A program made the position numbers and the translations under genes. Shown piece by piece: positions 1-15,490 of a stretch of 64,000 nt of DNA. Numbering within the stretch: position 1 is the stretch's first letter; each line of letters opens with the position of its first letter. A model generated the notes under the pieces. It saw only the letters and a program-made list of their open reading frames with translations. It made no database searches and had not been told where the DNA came from. The DNA lies in the NCBI GenBank assembly GCA_951406725.2, contig OX597817.1, positions 63,798,001 to 63,862,000 of the forward strand, in the 5' to 3' direction. This stretch comes from Octopus vulgaris (Eukaryota).

Positions 1-452
1 AATACACATCATCTAAAGAGAGGAGTTGTTCTTCAACGACAAAATACAACAGTGATCAGCAGATTCATGTTCAAATCTGAATATTAAGAATGAAAATATG
101 TTACTGATGTCCAATTTCTTGACTTAGATTTCAATTCTACTGAAGAATGCGAATTAAATTTTGTATCCTTAACTGCTAAATGTGACGAAACTTACAAATC
201 ATTAAATACAAACTGGAACCTGAAGAAACTAGGGGTGGTGTGTGATAGAAAATTCAGCTAATAAAGTTGGGATACCTGAAGAAAAGTTTATGCTGTATGG
301 AGACATAATATTTAATGTTGCATACAGGTCTTTTCCAAACTTATCAATCATTAGATAAAAATTAGAGGGCAAAATTTAATTTACAAATTCAGTTAAGTTT
401 GTATGACACACTAGTAATATTTCTAGCAGAACCCTTTGGAATGAAAAGAATA

Positions 453-2412
453 AGTAGAATAAGTAGCAAACTAAAATATGTATTGTGGTCAGTACAATTA
501 ACTAAACACTTGATAGTGGCCCAGCAAAGTTGTCATTCAACAACTCAGTAGAAAAATAAAAGAATATACAGTGCATGTCTATTTATAAGCAAGTTTATTA
601 TTTCCTTCTCTAAAGGACTCTGACCAAAATGTCAATGCTCCTGTATCTTTCAATCATAAAAACTTATTTGAATCTGCAAACTTTACAAAGCATTAATTGC
701 TATTATTGGCATTGTTATATTTTGGTAGAACCATGTTTGTCAATTTGCTGTAATTAATAGATATATGCATTGTTAGTTATATAATCACTGCTCTAATAAA
801 CATTACTGGTATTGTTGTATTTTGGTAGAGTCATGTTTGTCAATTTACCCCACTTAATAAACACATGCGTGAACAGTTATATTATCACCTTATTATTTGA
901 GTTGACTTCTGCTCTAATAAACATTGGTCTGGATTTAATCTTAATGTGTGTTAACTTGTAGCTTTAAGTTGACCAATTTCTTGAGAGAGGATTCTGATTG
1001 AGAGAAACTATGTAGAAGCCTACTGGCATCATCCTCACCATTTTACACCTGTTTTTCAGTCCTGATATGAGTAGGATGGCTTATCACTATCCAAGATGCT
1101 TCTGTTTTGAAGCTACCGCCCTCCATGAAAGGTTTGTGGACTACGTCTCACTTGTATGTTCCATTTTTGACATGATTTCTATAGCTTGATACCCTTCATA
1201 AGGTTGATACTTTACAATACTGTAATGGGTATGGTTTATGGTAGTATCAACATTAGAGAAGTTGTCTTGCCCTCTGCAAGATCAAAGAGTCCTCCCTAAC
1301 ACTATGTTGTCTGAGCTCATCCACCAACCACTCTATAGAATATATCATATGTGGTTTATCATGGCACCATCACTAGACATTGTTTTGTCCCCAGTAAGGG
1401 GATCTTTTTACAATATCTCAACTTGTTCAAAGCAGCATGATCAAGAAGCTGATAGAGAGATTGACAAATGAGAGAGAACCAAAGTGAGGAAGTGATAAAA
1501 GGGAGCTTATGATAGGTAAAACAGTGATAGGGGTAAGAATGTGATAGAGGAGCAAGTAAAAGGCCACATACTGTGATGGGTGGCTACATGTTGGTGATGG
1601 GTAAAGTGATTGAATAGAAAAACAGAATCAGCAGCATGATGAAAGAAAATATAATAACAGGAGAGAGGCAAGGTTATGGAAGCAAAATTAATAGAAATGA
1701 GAGAGAGTGATGTATATGATAGAGGAAGGACTAATGTGACAGAAAGAATGGTGGATAGCAATAATGATGGGTGATGGTATGTCTGCTGTTATGTTCTGAG
1801 TTCAAATTCTTTTCGGGGTCAATAAATTAAGTACCAGTTGTGCACTGGGGTCGATGTAATTGACTTAATCCCTTTGTTTGTCCTTGTTTGTCCCCTCTCT
1901 GTTTAGCTCTTTGTGAGCAATAAAGAAATAAGAAGATAATATTAGTATTAAATACATACAGATCTACTGCCATCCTTCATTACACAGGTGGCATGATGGA
2001 AGAAAGAATAATAAAAGATGATGAAAGCTGGATTTGAATATAGACAGATTCAGTTATATATTCTGTTATATATGTATGTGTGTTTATGTTTATGCTACTG
2101 TAAAAACTAGCATTGTTTATGCTGTATCACTCTATATCCCATGACTTAGCACATCATGCTGACAATTCTGTTTTTCTATTCAGTCACTTTACCCATTACC
2201 AGCATGTAGCCACCTATTGTGTCCTATTACTTGCTCCTCTACCACTTTGACAAATAAATACAGGCTTAGAATAAGTAACGAATTAAAATATATATTGTGG
2301 TCAGTACAATTAACTAAACACTTGATAGTGGCACAGCAAAGTTGTCATTCAACAACTCAGTAAAAAAATAAAAGAATATACAGTGCCTGTCTATTTATAA
2401 GCAAGTTTATTA
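453..2412 (+). repeat. ~145-bp dispersed direct repeat pair
   Basis: ~453-600 matches ~2268-2412 (TATTGTGGTCAGTACAATTAACTAAACACTTGATAGTGG...). Confidence 0.85.
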
Positions 2413-2481
2413 ATTAGCAAATTGGCAACTATAAATTACCAAAATGAAATAATAATTGATTTCAGATCTAATTTTATGCAA

Positions 2482-2587
<106 letters not shown>

Positions 2588-2850
2588 TTAGAGGTTAAAA
2601 AAACAACCTTAAGGGATAGAAAATATCCAATGAATTACTGGTCTGTTGAGATGTTTTGGAAGAATAAGATGTAATAACCTAACAATATGTCTTTTTTACT
2701 CTTCTGACGAGATTTTGCCCAATAAAATATTTTAATTACTGGAATTTAATTCTTTTGGGCAAATTCAAAACAGTTGTAAGTAACATGTTGAATTTTTCAG
2801 TTAATAAATTATATTAATGCTGCTTCTCGATTTTCTGGATTTTAATTTGA

Positions 2851-2921
<71 letters not shown>

Positions 2922-3020
2922 CAAATTAGAGACAAAACCACTATTATGCAAATCAAACAAAGAAAGACTTAAGCCAATACATAAAATAATTTATATAAAT
3001 TAAAATTTAACATATGAATA

Positions 3021-3070
3021 ACCACTACGATCGTTTCGTGTCAGCACATCTTAGACATTCTTCAGGTGGT
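3021..3070 (-). ncRNA. Minimal type I hammerhead ribozyme motif (Penelope type)
   Basis: ACCAC-CUGAAGA-a-UGUC..GACA-c-GAAA-CGAUC-GUA-GUGGU. Stem I is perfect and stem III is the palindrome ACGAUCGU. Confidence 0.75.
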
Positions 3071-3215
3071 TTCAAAACCTAAAATATAAAATATAATCAA
3101 TATTTTTACGATATAAATATCTATATAATATAATATTTTACTATAAAATTGGATTCAATATTAAATCTGATTTTTCCTTGTAAATTTGGATTTATTCCCT
3201 AATATTTATTATTAT

Positions 3216-3243
<28 letters not shown>

Positions 3244-3246
<3 letters not shown>

Positions 3247-3366
3247 CTTATACAAGAATGTTGTTGACAGTGACTTTGAAGTTTCAGCCAGCTAAGCTAT
3301 CATTGGACTATGGGTCAGCTGGCCGAAATTTCAAAGTCACTGTCAACAATATCCTTGTATAAGAAT
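3244..3366. repeat. Long inverted repeat (hairpin)
   Basis: ATTCTTATACAAG...GTTGACAGTGACTTTGAA pairs with TTCAAAGTCACTGTCAAC...CTTGTATAAGAAT. Confidence 0.85.
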
Positions 3367-5064
3367 ATAAGAATAATAAATTTGTACTCTACGAAAGTAT
3401 AGAGTAGCCCTTCAGATTAATGTAAAATAGTTTTTTATTATAAGTGAACATAAAAACAAACAGTAACATACATACACACATACATACATGCATGCCTGCA
3501 TGCAAACATACATACATACATACATACATACATACATACATACATACATACATACATACATACATACATACATACATCTATATTGTTTACATCATAAGAA
3601 TTTAGAAACCTCAAGAGAACATGAAATAATTCATTTTTAAAAGTTCAACTTTAAGCAGATAAAGCTATAAGAGTATGTGGTACACTGGGTGAGCAGCCTT
3701 CAACTTTTTCTGTCCAAAGTGTTTTTTTATTTACACACTACTTAACCTACTTCAAATTCAACCATTAAAAAAACAAATTGTGTGTGTGTGTGCATGCATG
3801 TGCACATGTACGCCAGTCTGTTTCAGATTTACCCATGCACAGCTGAGTGTACTGAAGCAATGTGAAATGAAGTGGTTTGCACAAGGGCACATTAATTCTT
3901 TACTTTGGTTTCTGAAACTCTTTCCAAGTTCAAATCTTGACACAGTTAAATTTTGCATTTCATTCAATCAGGTAGGAGCCAATACACTATAATACTGGTA
4001 TTGATGTATTAGCACTATGTAAGGTGGCAGGTAGGCAGAACCATTAGTACACCAGGTGAAATGCTTAGCAACACTTCATCAGTCTTCATGTTCTACCAAG
4101 GTTGACTTAAACCTTTCATCCTTTTGAGATTGATAAAATAAGTAACAGCTGAGTTCTGGGGTCACTCCTCCCCCAAAATTTCTGGCCCTATGCCAAAATT
4201 TGAAATCAAAATATTAGCACTAAGCTGGTATTAATATACCAGCACTATAATGAAATTAATTGCATTGATTAACTAACTGTCGTATATAAAATACTTAATG
4301 TGCCCATTGTAAATGATATCAATATCCTCATATCGATGTCAATGAAGTCAGTGATCCCAAAATGAAGTTAGCATGCTTGTTAAAATGATTTTTCAATTTA
4401 CTTCATTTATTAATTGTATTAACCACATCTTTAGAAATGGATTGAAAATTTGTTTACATTTACATTAATATGATGTTCAATCATTTTCAAATGTAAGCAG
4501 CGAAATGAATAAGAATTGTTATTATATCAGTCATCTGTGTTCATCAAAGTCCTTTTATTGCCATTCTTGACCACTTCAATGATATGCCCTCTCTTCACCA
4601 GATCGGCTTCAAAAGAACTTTGGCAAATACAACTGATTGACCAATTAACCGAATGATCAAGCAAATAGTCAATTAGTTACTTGGTTAAATAGCTAACCAA
4701 TTGATGAATAATAAAGAAGTAAAACTGAACCAGTGCATGTGTTCATTATTGGTGTAATGATCCTCCCAAAATACAACAAAATCTGCCTCAACACACAAAT
4801 TCAAATCAAGAAATACAAAATCAAATACAAATCAAATACAAAAATGTTATGAATTTTAAAATAAAGGTTTCTAGCTTGAAATCAGTCTGCAATTATGTAT
4901 ATATTAAGGAATAACACATCTAATTATGGTCAGAGATTAAAAAGTATCAAAACATAGAGTAAATGTAAATGTTAAACATTTTCCTCCTTTTTCCAAAATT
5001 TCTAAAGCTGCTTCATTCACATTGAAGAGGATGGTTAAATTAGCAATCAAAGTAATTTTTAAAA

Positions 5065-7420
5065 AAACATACAAGACTTTTCAAACATTTTGATACTTTT
5101 TTCAAAAACTTTCCAAAATTTTGTTGAAAATTTTCAGAAAATCTTTCAAAAGTTTTAATGAAAATTTTCAAAACTTTCTTAAATTTTGATGAAAATTTTC
5201 AAAAAACTTTTCCAAAATTTTAATGAAAATTTTCAGAAAAAATTTTTCAAAATTTGTGTAGTAACATTTTGGGAGATAGGAGTTTGCCAGATATGCCGGC
5301 AAAAGAACTTTTCAAAAATTTTGATGAAAATTTACAAAAAACTTTCCAAAATTTTGATGAAAACTTTCAACAAACTTTTCTGAAATTTAATGAAAATTTT
5401 CAGAAAAATTTTCAAAAATATTGCCGGAGATTGGTGGAGATTGGCGGAGATTGCCGAAGTTTGCCGGAGATTGTCGAAGTTTGCCAGAGATTGCCGGAGT
5501 TTACTGGAGATTGCCGGAGTTTACCGGAGATAGTCGGAGATAGCCGGAGATGGCCGGAGATAGCCAGAGAGTGCCGGAGAGTGCCGGAGAGTGCCGGAGA
5601 TAGCCGAAGATTGCCGGAAATTGCCGGAGATACACGGAGATAGCCGGAGATTGGCAGAGTAGCATTTTGGAAGATTGGAGTTTCCCGGATATTGCCGTAG
5701 ATTGCTGGCAAAAAGAACTTTTGATGAAAATTTTCAGAAAATTTTGAAAAATTTTGACGAAAAGTTTCAAAAAAATTTTCGAAAATTTTGATGAAAATTT
5801 TCAAAAGCTTTCCACAAATTTGATCAAAACTTTCAGAAAACTTTTCAAATATTTTGATGTAAATTTTCAAAAAACTTTCCAAAAATATTGATCGAAACTT
5901 TCAGAAAACTTTTCAAAAATTTTGATGAAAATTTTCAAAAACTTTCCAAAATTTTGATGAAATCTTTCAACAAACTTTTCTGAAATTTAATGAAAATTTT
6001 CAGAAAAATTTTCAAAAATTTTGCTGGAGATTGCCGAAGTTTGCCGGAGATTGTCGGAGTTTGCCGGAGATTGCCGGAGTTTACTGGAGATTGCGGAGTT
6101 TACCGGAGATAGTCGGAGATAGCCGGAGATGGCCGGAGATAGCCGGAGATGGCCGGAGATAGCCGGAGATGGCCGGAGATAGCCGGAGAGTGCCGGAGAT
6201 TGCCGAAGATTGCCGGAAATTGCCGGAGATAGACGGAGATAGCCGGAGATTGGCAGAGTAGCATTTTGGAAGATTGGAGTTTCCTGGATATTGCCGTAGA
6301 TTGCTGGCAAAAGAACTTTTGATGAAAATTTTCAGAAAATTTTCAAAAATTTTGACGAAAAGTTTTAAAAAATTTTCGAAAATTTTGATGAAAATTTTCA
6401 AAAGCTTTCCATAAATTTCATCAAAACTTTCAGAAAACTTTTCAAATATTTTGATGTAAATTTTCAAAACAACATTTCAAAAATTTTGATGAAATTTTCA
6501 AAAAACTTTTCAAAAATTTTGATGAAAATTTTAAGAAAACTTTTTTTAAATTTTGATGAATAGATTTTCAAAAACTTTCCAAAATTTTGATGAAAATTTT
6601 CAAAAAACTTTTCAAAAGTTTTGATGCTAATTTTCAGAAAAATTTTGAAACATTTTCATGAAAATTTTAAAAAACCTTTTCAAAATTTTGATGAAAATTC
6701 TCAAAAGACTTTTCAAAGATTTTGATGCTAATTTTCAGAAAAATTTTGAAACATTTTCATGAAAATTTTAAAAAACCTTTTCAAAATTTTGATGAAAATT
6801 CTCAAAAAACTTTTCAAAGATTTTGATGCTAATTTTCAGAAAAATTTTCAAACATTTTCATGAAAATTTTAGAAAAACTTTTTAAAATTTAGATGAAAAT
6901 TCTCGAAAAACTTACCAAAAATTTTGAAAAAAATATTATCAAAAAATCTCTTCAAAAATTTTGATGAAAAATTTTCAAAGATTTTTGATGAATATTTTCA
7001 AAAATTTTCATAGAAATTTTCAAAAAACATTTCCAAAATTTTGATAATTGCCGGAGTTTACCGGAGATTGCCGGAGTTTGCCGGAGATTGCCGGAGTTTG
7101 CCGGAGATTGATGGAGTTTGCCGGAGATTGTCGGAGTTTACCGGAGATTGCCGGAGATAGCCGGAGATAGCCGGAGATAACCAGAGATTGCCGGAGACTG
7201 CCGGAGATTGCGGGAGATAGCCGAAGATTGCCTGAAATTGCCGGAGATAGACGGAGATAGCCAGATTGTTGGTGGCGTAGCATTTTGGGAGATTGGTGTT
7301 TGCCGGATATTGCCGTAGATTGCCGGCAAAAGAACTTTTCAAAAAATTTGATGAAAATTTTTTAAAACTTTCCAAACTTTTGATAAAAATTCTCAAAAAA
7401 GTTACGAAAAATTTTATAAA
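5065..7420. repeat. Composite satellite: A/T-tract blocks alternating with (GCCGGAGATT)n blocks
   Basis: 10-mer blocks at ~5421-5655, 6022-6255 and 7048-7265. A shared linker GTAGCATTTTGG..GGCAAAAGAACTTTT occurs four times. AAAATTTTGATGAAAATTTTC arrays lie between. Confidence 0.9.
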
Positions 7421-7972
7421 GTAGCATTCAGTATCTATGAGAATTTTGGGGAGTACGTAATGTCTGGTCTTTCGCATGTAGCCGGTATGTAATTGTGCAT
7501 TTGTTTCCGTGTACTATGTGTTGTGAGTAAAAAAACATCCTGACGAGGGGAGTGTCAATTTTAAATATATGATATTTTTCATATTAATTGGCGCATCTCC
7601 GAACTTTTATGTACTTTTGTAAATTTGTATATTTATCTTCTATGTATTTTTCTCTGGAATTTTAATTCGTCTTTGTATGTTTTATTACCCCAAATTTTTA
7701 ATTTAACAAATTTATACCAAACTAGCACTATGATCCGGTAACGCCGGGTCATAATGCTAGTATATATATATATATATATAATTGCAGCGTGGAAGGTGTT
7801 TATAAGCCATTTAAGAAACACACAAAAACCGTTAGATTCACTTCAACATTTAAATTTAATTTGTCCAAATATTTTCGTCGCTTTGAGACCGCGACCTGTT
7901 CAAAATGTGACCGCGTGTTTTTGGCGAGTTTTTTCCTCCGTCTTCCCTTCTCTGGATCTTTCCTTTTCCTAT

Positions 7973-8007
7973 GTTTCTGACGAAGAGCTCCGCTCGAAAC
8001 GTTAAGC
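7973..8007 (+). ncRNA. Minimal hammerhead motif
   Basis: GUUU-CUGACGA-a-GAGC-ucc-GCUC-GAAAC-GUU-AAGC. Confidence 0.7.
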
Positions 8008-8102
8008 CCTCCTTCTTCCCTTCCTTCCTGGGCGTCCAATAACACTATATTTGTTCCATGTTCCATGTTGTGGTTTCTCTTTGTGTTTTCATGTTTGGAT
8101 TA

Positions 8103-8166
<64 letters not shown>

Positions 8167-8359
8167 AAATTATAAATGAGGGTGAAAAATCGATATTAAT
8201 AGAGACAATTGTATAGAGTCAATCTATTTTATTCGTTGTATTTCACTTTCCTTCAGTTGAAAGTGTGTTGATTCTAGTTGGAAACGGTTTTTCTGTGGTT
8301 GCTTCGGAGCTATTTTTAGCACTAGAGTTATCCACATAGTGGATAACTCTCTAATAATT

Positions 8360-8421
<62 letters not shown>

Positions 8422-8524
8422 AGAAAAGAAAATGGAGAAATACATCTAAATCAAATATCAATTACCAGATAATACTCAATCACATACTTTATTAAACCAT
8501 GCATTTATAACCCCTATCTCAATT

Positions 8525-8574
<50 letters not shown>

Positions 8575-8666
8575 CATACATATATATACATATACGTACG
8601 TAGACACATATACATACATATACGTATGTACACATATACATACACACACACACACACACACACATA

Positions 8667-9200
8667 CAAATGGTGTTCCCAGAAATGTATGCACACTTTA
8701 ACAGCTGAATAATTCACTTAATTTTTATTTCTTTTCAAATTTAAACGATTAGAAATAACGAAGGGAGCCAGAGTAAATTTTGAACAAAAGAAATTTATTC
8801 TCAGATGTTAATGAAAGTTTGAAAAAGTTGAGTGCAAATACAACTTGGGAGGGAGTTTCAAACAGATCAACCTATGCGTATCACTGAGATGAGAGATAAG
8901 CTTGATGCAGACGGAGCCGTTCAGAATGTCTATAAGAAACGTCCTGGAAAATCGTGGACATCGAATAGCCCCACAAAGCAAGAAAGAGCATTTGAAAAGT
9001 ATTGCAAATATTCGAGAAAGTTTATGCGAGAAGCGAATCGTAAGAATGGAATTTCACAATCAATCGCCCATCACATTTTGAAACAAGAATAGTACATACT
9101 CTAAATGAAGATGGTCCGGACAGAAGAATGAAATTTTGTGAGTGGTACTTAGAAAGTTGTACACTCACCAATAAAGATTATTTAGGGCTATGAGGTTACA
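8667..9200 (+). mobile_element. Tc1/mariner-superfamily transposase remnant (N-terminal HTH)
   Basis: Starts TA|CAAATGGTGTTCCCAGAA. Decayed frames read EQKKFILRC..., [31 protein letters not shown] and [15 protein letters not shown]. Confidence 0.7.
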
Positions 9201-9254
9201 TTCTGTCAATCCGGGGTCCTGTTCTTCACTAACAATTTCTCACAGAAATAAATA

Positions 9255-9885
9255 AATTGCTTTCAAGTATTATCACAAGGCCAACGATTTCGGAGGACGG
9301 ATAGATCGATTAGATCAACCCAGTACTCAACTGGTACTTATTTTAATGACCTGAAAGGATGAAAGATAAGGTCGAGATCGACGGAATTTGAACCCAAAAC
9401 GTAAAGAGGGGTGAAATACCGCAAACCATTTTTGTCCGGCCTGCTAACGATTCGACCAACTCACCACCTTAATCACAACTGTAATAATGGCTTTAAATTT
9501 TGATGCAAGGCCAGTAATTTTGTCGTCGTCAGTAAGTCGATTACATCAGCCCCCAAGGTTAAACTGGAACTTATTTTATCGACCCCGACAGGATGAAAGG
9601 TAAAGTCGACCGCAGCGGAATTTGAACTTACAATAAAAAGACGCTTGAAATGTCGCTAAGCCAATTTTATAGCTGTAATAATAATCCTTTCTATTATAGG
9701 CACAAGGCCTGAAATTTGGGGTGGGGGAGACAGTACTCAACTGGTATTAAATTTATCGACCCCCGAAAGGATGGAAGGTAAAGTCGACCTCGGCGGAATT
9801 TGAACTCAGAACGTAAAGACGGACAAAATGCCACTAAACATTTTTCCCGGGGTGCTCATGATTCTGCCATCTCGCCACCTTTATA
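9255..9885 (-). mobile_element. Three tandem copies of the same SINE, minus strand
   Basis: Repeated TTTATCGACCCCGAAAGGATGAAAGG...GGAATTTGAAC motif. Further minus-strand copies at 53760-53970 and 55185-55395. Confidence 0.8.
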
Positions 9886-10074
9886 GCTGTAATAATAATG
9901 CTTACATGTTCGATAAACATTCTATATAGATTTTCTTCCAGGTAAATAGGGCATACGAATATTTTATATAGATATTTACCTTAGGTATTTTCTTTTCTTG
10001 TTTCAATGTTAGGTGATTTATTATGTTAGCAACACAAATATTTTATTTATCGAAACACATTACGTTTTCCTAAG

Positions 10075-10136
<62 letters not shown>

Positions 10137-10292
10137 GCTTCCAGCTTTTCCTTTGCTTCTATTAAATTGCAATAAGTAAACTGCTTTGTCTATCTGAGTC
10201 ATGCGTGTGTGTGCTTGTACGTGTACGTATACGAGCATACGCGCGCACGCACGGATGCACACACACATGTATACTTGCACAAATGTATTGTG

Positions 10293-10324
<32 letters not shown>

Positions 10325-10435
10325 TGTATCTATGTATGTATATATATACATACATACATATAGGAAAATAGTACAACAATGCACCAATATTTACTGAAAT
10401 TGCAGTAATATACGAGCTATAGTAAAGGTTTACTG

Positions 10436-10504
<69 letters not shown>

Positions 10505-11415
10505 AGCGAGACGGGGTAGATAGATCGATAGATAGATAGATTCGCATGTATAAACACGTATATATGAGTGTCAGTGAATTTGTGTATGCATGCATGCATG
10601 TATGTATGTATGTATGTATGTATGTGTGTATGTATGTATGTATGTATGTATGTACGTACGTATGCATATAAGTAGGTAAGTAGGTAGATATATAGGTAGT
10701 TTGGTAGGTATGTGCGTACGTACTATGTAAGCATGTATGTATTTGAGTATGTATTGTAATTAAGGGGCGACTCCACACTCCACACAAACCCAAAACATCC
10801 ATGGGTTAACTAGATTTCTCAGGAGGTAGACGAGGTTCTTGTTGTTTTCAACAAAGCTGTGGCGAAGGCAACCCTTTTAGGAAAAAAGATACTCTGACAC
10901 AAAACTTGTAGTCAAAACAGTACCAGTCATTGTGCAATGCAACCTGCTATAGCGACCGACAAAGTGGTAAAAGCATTGTCTAAGCTTCTGTTTTTTTTCC
11001 CCAGGAACATAAGCTTTCACAAATCCATCATCCCATTAATATTTCGGAACAATCTCAACTTCACCCTCAGACTCATTTTTGATAAGCGCGGCGCCTCGTT
11101 CATTATGGTTCCAGGCTCAAGATCACGGCTTTTGTCGTTTTTTTCTTTTATCTTTTACTTGTTTTAATCCTTGAATTGCAACGATGATGGAGTACCGACC
11201 TAAAGTGTTTAGACGATCAAATCGCCCCCCCCCACGTCACCGTACATATGTTATAAGTCTGTTGCTCATCTTATCGGTGCCTTTTGCCAAACTGTTAAGT
11301 TACTGCGACTCAAGGCAATCAACATCAATTGTCAAGAGATGGCAGCGTGGGTTTCCGCCCCGACATCCGAAACTCGGAGTTTTATCATGGCTACCGAATA
11401 ACTGTCACATATTAA

Positions 11416-11474
<59 letters not shown>

Positions 11475-11475
11475 C

Positions 11476-11505
<30 letters not shown>

Positions 11506-11506
<1 letters not shown>

Positions 11507-12569
11507 CGTTTAGTAGATGAAACCTTAGCGACTGAAGAAGGGGATTTTTCGTTGTGCTTATTGTCCTGTATCTCTTTTTTTGCTTGTCTTGTTCCTTGGT
11601 TTGTGTCTATGTTTTTCGTCTCTCTATGTGTTCGACGTCTTTTGGTGTCCTGTACACATATATGCGTGTATATGTACATGTAGAATAGGTACGTACATAT
11701 ATGTTTATATATATGCATATGTTCTATTTTATTAACATATTATACGACTAAACGCACGCACCCTATTAAGTAAGATTGTTCTGTTTATCAAGTTAGCCTT
11801 GATATTAACTCCCACGCGACTCTGCATCTTTCTTTCTTTCTCTCCCATTCCCTTTTTCGTCTTTTTTCCCTCACTTAACTTGTCTCTTCCTCTCTCTCTC
11901 CCCCTCACTGTTCTTCATGGTCTCCTCGCACCATTCCCCTTCTTCTCTCTCTTCCTCTTGCTCCTCCTCCCCCATTCCCGTCGTCCATCTGCGACGATAC
12001 TTCCGTCGTAACTGCTATCCTGTCTTTTCTCGCCCGCCTTCTAAGGCTACTGGTCGATATTCTTTCTCTCTCGTCGTCCACTATAATCCAGCGTTTGCAA
12101 TACTTTTTTCGTCTGGCGTTAACAGCCCTTCTTATCTTGTTCTCCTTGTCCTGTCTCTCACTGTTATATATTTATTTTTCCACTGTTTATATATATATTT
12201 TTTACTGTTTATATGTTTGTACTGTCGTTACCGTCTTGCTTTTTTTACCCTCTGCGAAAAGATCTCAGAATTTTAATTGATTTGCTTTTCGCAGGAAGGA
12301 AGTTTTCTTCGAAGTATACGTCTCGCTTTTATCCTTCGAAACGTTTAGTAGATGAAACCTTAGCGACTGAAGAAGGGGATTTTTCGTTGTGCTTATTGTC
12401 CTGTATCTCTTTTTTTGCTTGTCTTGTTCCTTGGTTTGTGTCTATGTTTTTCGTCTCTCTATGTGTTCGACGTCTTTTTGGTGTCCTGTACACATATATG
12501 CGTGTATATGTACATGTAGAATAGGTACGTACATATATGTTTATATATATGCATATGTTCTATTTTATT

Positions 12570-12576
<7 letters not shown>
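11506..12576 (+). mobile_element. Probable Penelope-like 3' fragment with ~235-bp direct repeats
   Basis: 11506-11740 matches 12341-12576; flanked by (TA)n; contains CTGAAGA and GAAACGTT motifs. The family assignment is inference. Confidence 0.55.
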
Positions 12577-12630
<54 letters not shown>

Positions 12631-12640
<10 letters not shown>

Positions 12641-12753
12641 TATAGTAGCCACTATTTTTTAAATTAATCAAATGATATACATAGTAGCTACTATATGTAT
12701 ATTGTTTATCATTTGATTTATTTCAAAAATAGTGGCTACTATATATATATTAT
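12631..12753. repeat. AT-rich inverted repeat
   Basis: TAGTAGCCACTATTTTT / AAAAATAGTGGCTACTA arms with inner ATCAAATGATA / TATCATTTGAT. Confidence 0.8.
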
Positions 12754-14211
12754 ATTTTTTTATGGTGACTAGACATGTGGGAAATTTAAAGGACATATGA
12801 TAGTTTTTCATGAAATTAATTCGCATTTTAAAATCCTTAGAGTTTCATAAGCATAAGTTAAATTATGAATAAATATTCGTCTTACGTAACTACAAGGAGT
12901 AAGACACATTCAACCGAATAGTATGCAGGTATAGGATACCCCTGTGGAAGACAGAAAATCAAGCTATGTTGACATTTTATAATAGAACAAAGGTTGCCTA
13001 TAAATATCACAACATTTTGTAGAAATCTCATTCAAAAGGAAAACCGAAAACGAAGCGATAGATTAGATGTGTATGTCTAAATTTTTTCGGGCAAATTTCT
13101 AGCACAATTCACTGTTTATTTGCGTATGTGCGCTTCAGTATTGCGTTATTTGGCGTGTGTGTGTGGAAGGGTGTGTTTGTAGTATATTTATGTAAATCTT
13201 CATCTTAAAAAAAAGCAAGAAATCACAAACGTTATAAAACCTAAATTAAATACGGAGTCATAACACTGTGAAATAGTCATTTCTTGACAAAGCTACAACA
13301 GTTTACAACCGTGGCTCTGCTAGAAACCAATTCATCGAATCACAACGAAATATTAACTATTTATATATAATTAGAACTATTTATGTATAATTAGAACCTT
13401 ATATAATGAGCTAGCAATTCTGAATCCATCGCAAAATTTTGAGTCATATTCAAAGGCGATAACTCAGAAAACATTAGCTTCATAATATAAGGGAAACAAC
13501 TCTTAAATAAGCTTTGTAAGTTCAGGGGAAGTAACTCTGTAACGCTTCGGAATTATTCGATGGCATGAGGGTCTTTAGATTACATCTAAATTTGATATCT
13601 CTGTTGAGTCTTGCAAAACGATTTGCCTCTTCATTTCTATTTTAATCTATACCTATCTGCTCATGGAGAAGCTACTTCTAGCCACTCCAGAAAGGCAGTC
13701 TCAACATCACACATTCAACTGCAGTTCAAATTGGAGTTTTTGTAACATATCAAACTAAGCACTAAAATGCGTACATTGCATTAAGTTTCAGTCTACCATC
13801 TGCCTGTATATTGTCCTATAGAATGTCTTAGTATCCTGTTACTAACTGTCACAAGACAAAACTTTCACAAGACGAAACTGGAGGGCAACTGTGATTATGC
13901 CGAAGAACTAGACTAAAGAAATTTTCACACTAAGCCCACTAATGACTGATGGGTCAGTATATGGTAAAATAAATAAAAACATTTATAAATAAATATAAAA
14001 TTTTTCATAATTCTGTTTTCTTTCATTAAACCAGAACAATGTCACAAATTGTATGAATTTATTAACTTCCTCATTGGACTTTAAGGTGGCCTCAGGTGTT
14101 GCTTTTAAGGGTTTTCATGTATTATAATGACTGCTATCGTTATATCTTGACTAGGCCATTATCCAGCAGCAAAGTTATGAGTAATGAGTAATATACATAA
14201 TCTGTATATAT

Positions 14212-14248
<37 letters not shown>

Positions 14249-14629
14249 AATGAAATTATTGTATACAGTGCTCAGGTGCACCACAAAGTTAGAGGTTGTG
14301 AATCCAACTCACTAAGGGAAAATATCTATCCAATATACTGCCGGTAGAATACCCAATTATTAATACACAAGTGTTTTGTATTGCATTGCAATTACATTAT
14401 TGAGTGTACTAAATGGGTGAAGGTAAAGAGATATCTTACCATTAATTTATATAGGAAATAAGAAAATGGAGTAGAAAAATAGGTGGTACATCAAATTTAG
14501 ACATTAAATTATGTTAACTTATTTATTTATTAAACTGATAATTATAATAACATACATATAGCATATTATTCTTTGCATATAAGATACAAGATATAAAATA
14601 TAGTAATATATAAAGGATACCAGTAATTC

Positions 14630-14960
14630 TTCTGAAAATTTTCATCAAAACTTTTGAGAAGGATTTTGAAAATTTCAATCAAGATTTTTGAAAAGCTTTT
14701 TGAAAATTATCATCAAAATTTTTAAGAAGTTTTTGAAAATTTCCATCAAAATTTTTAAAATTTTTTCAAAGTTTTAATAAAAATTTTTGAAAATTTTCAT
14801 CAAAAGTTTTGAAAATTTTCTCTAAATTTTCATCAAAATATTAGAAAGGTTTTTGAAAATTTTCATCAAAATATTGGAAAATTTTTTGAAAATTTGCATC
14901 AAAATTTTAGAAAAGTTTTTTGAAAACTTTCGTCAAAATTTATCAAAATTTTCATCAAAA
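14630..14960 (-). repeat. Inverted block of the same A/T-tract satellite
   Basis: AAAATTTTCATCAAAA repeats are the reverse complement of the 5.1-7.4 kb unit. Confidence 0.85.
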
Positions 14961-14961
14961 T

Positions 14962-15490
<529 letters not shown>

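Noticed and set aside
5186-7477. ORFs with LRLSPAISG / EIAGD repeats
   Set aside because: These are translations of 10-bp satellite arrays, open in several frames on both strands.
12328-12382. Permuted (type II) hammerhead, GAAACGUU...CUGAAGA
   Set aside because: The stem II arms can pair but stem I does not form convincingly.
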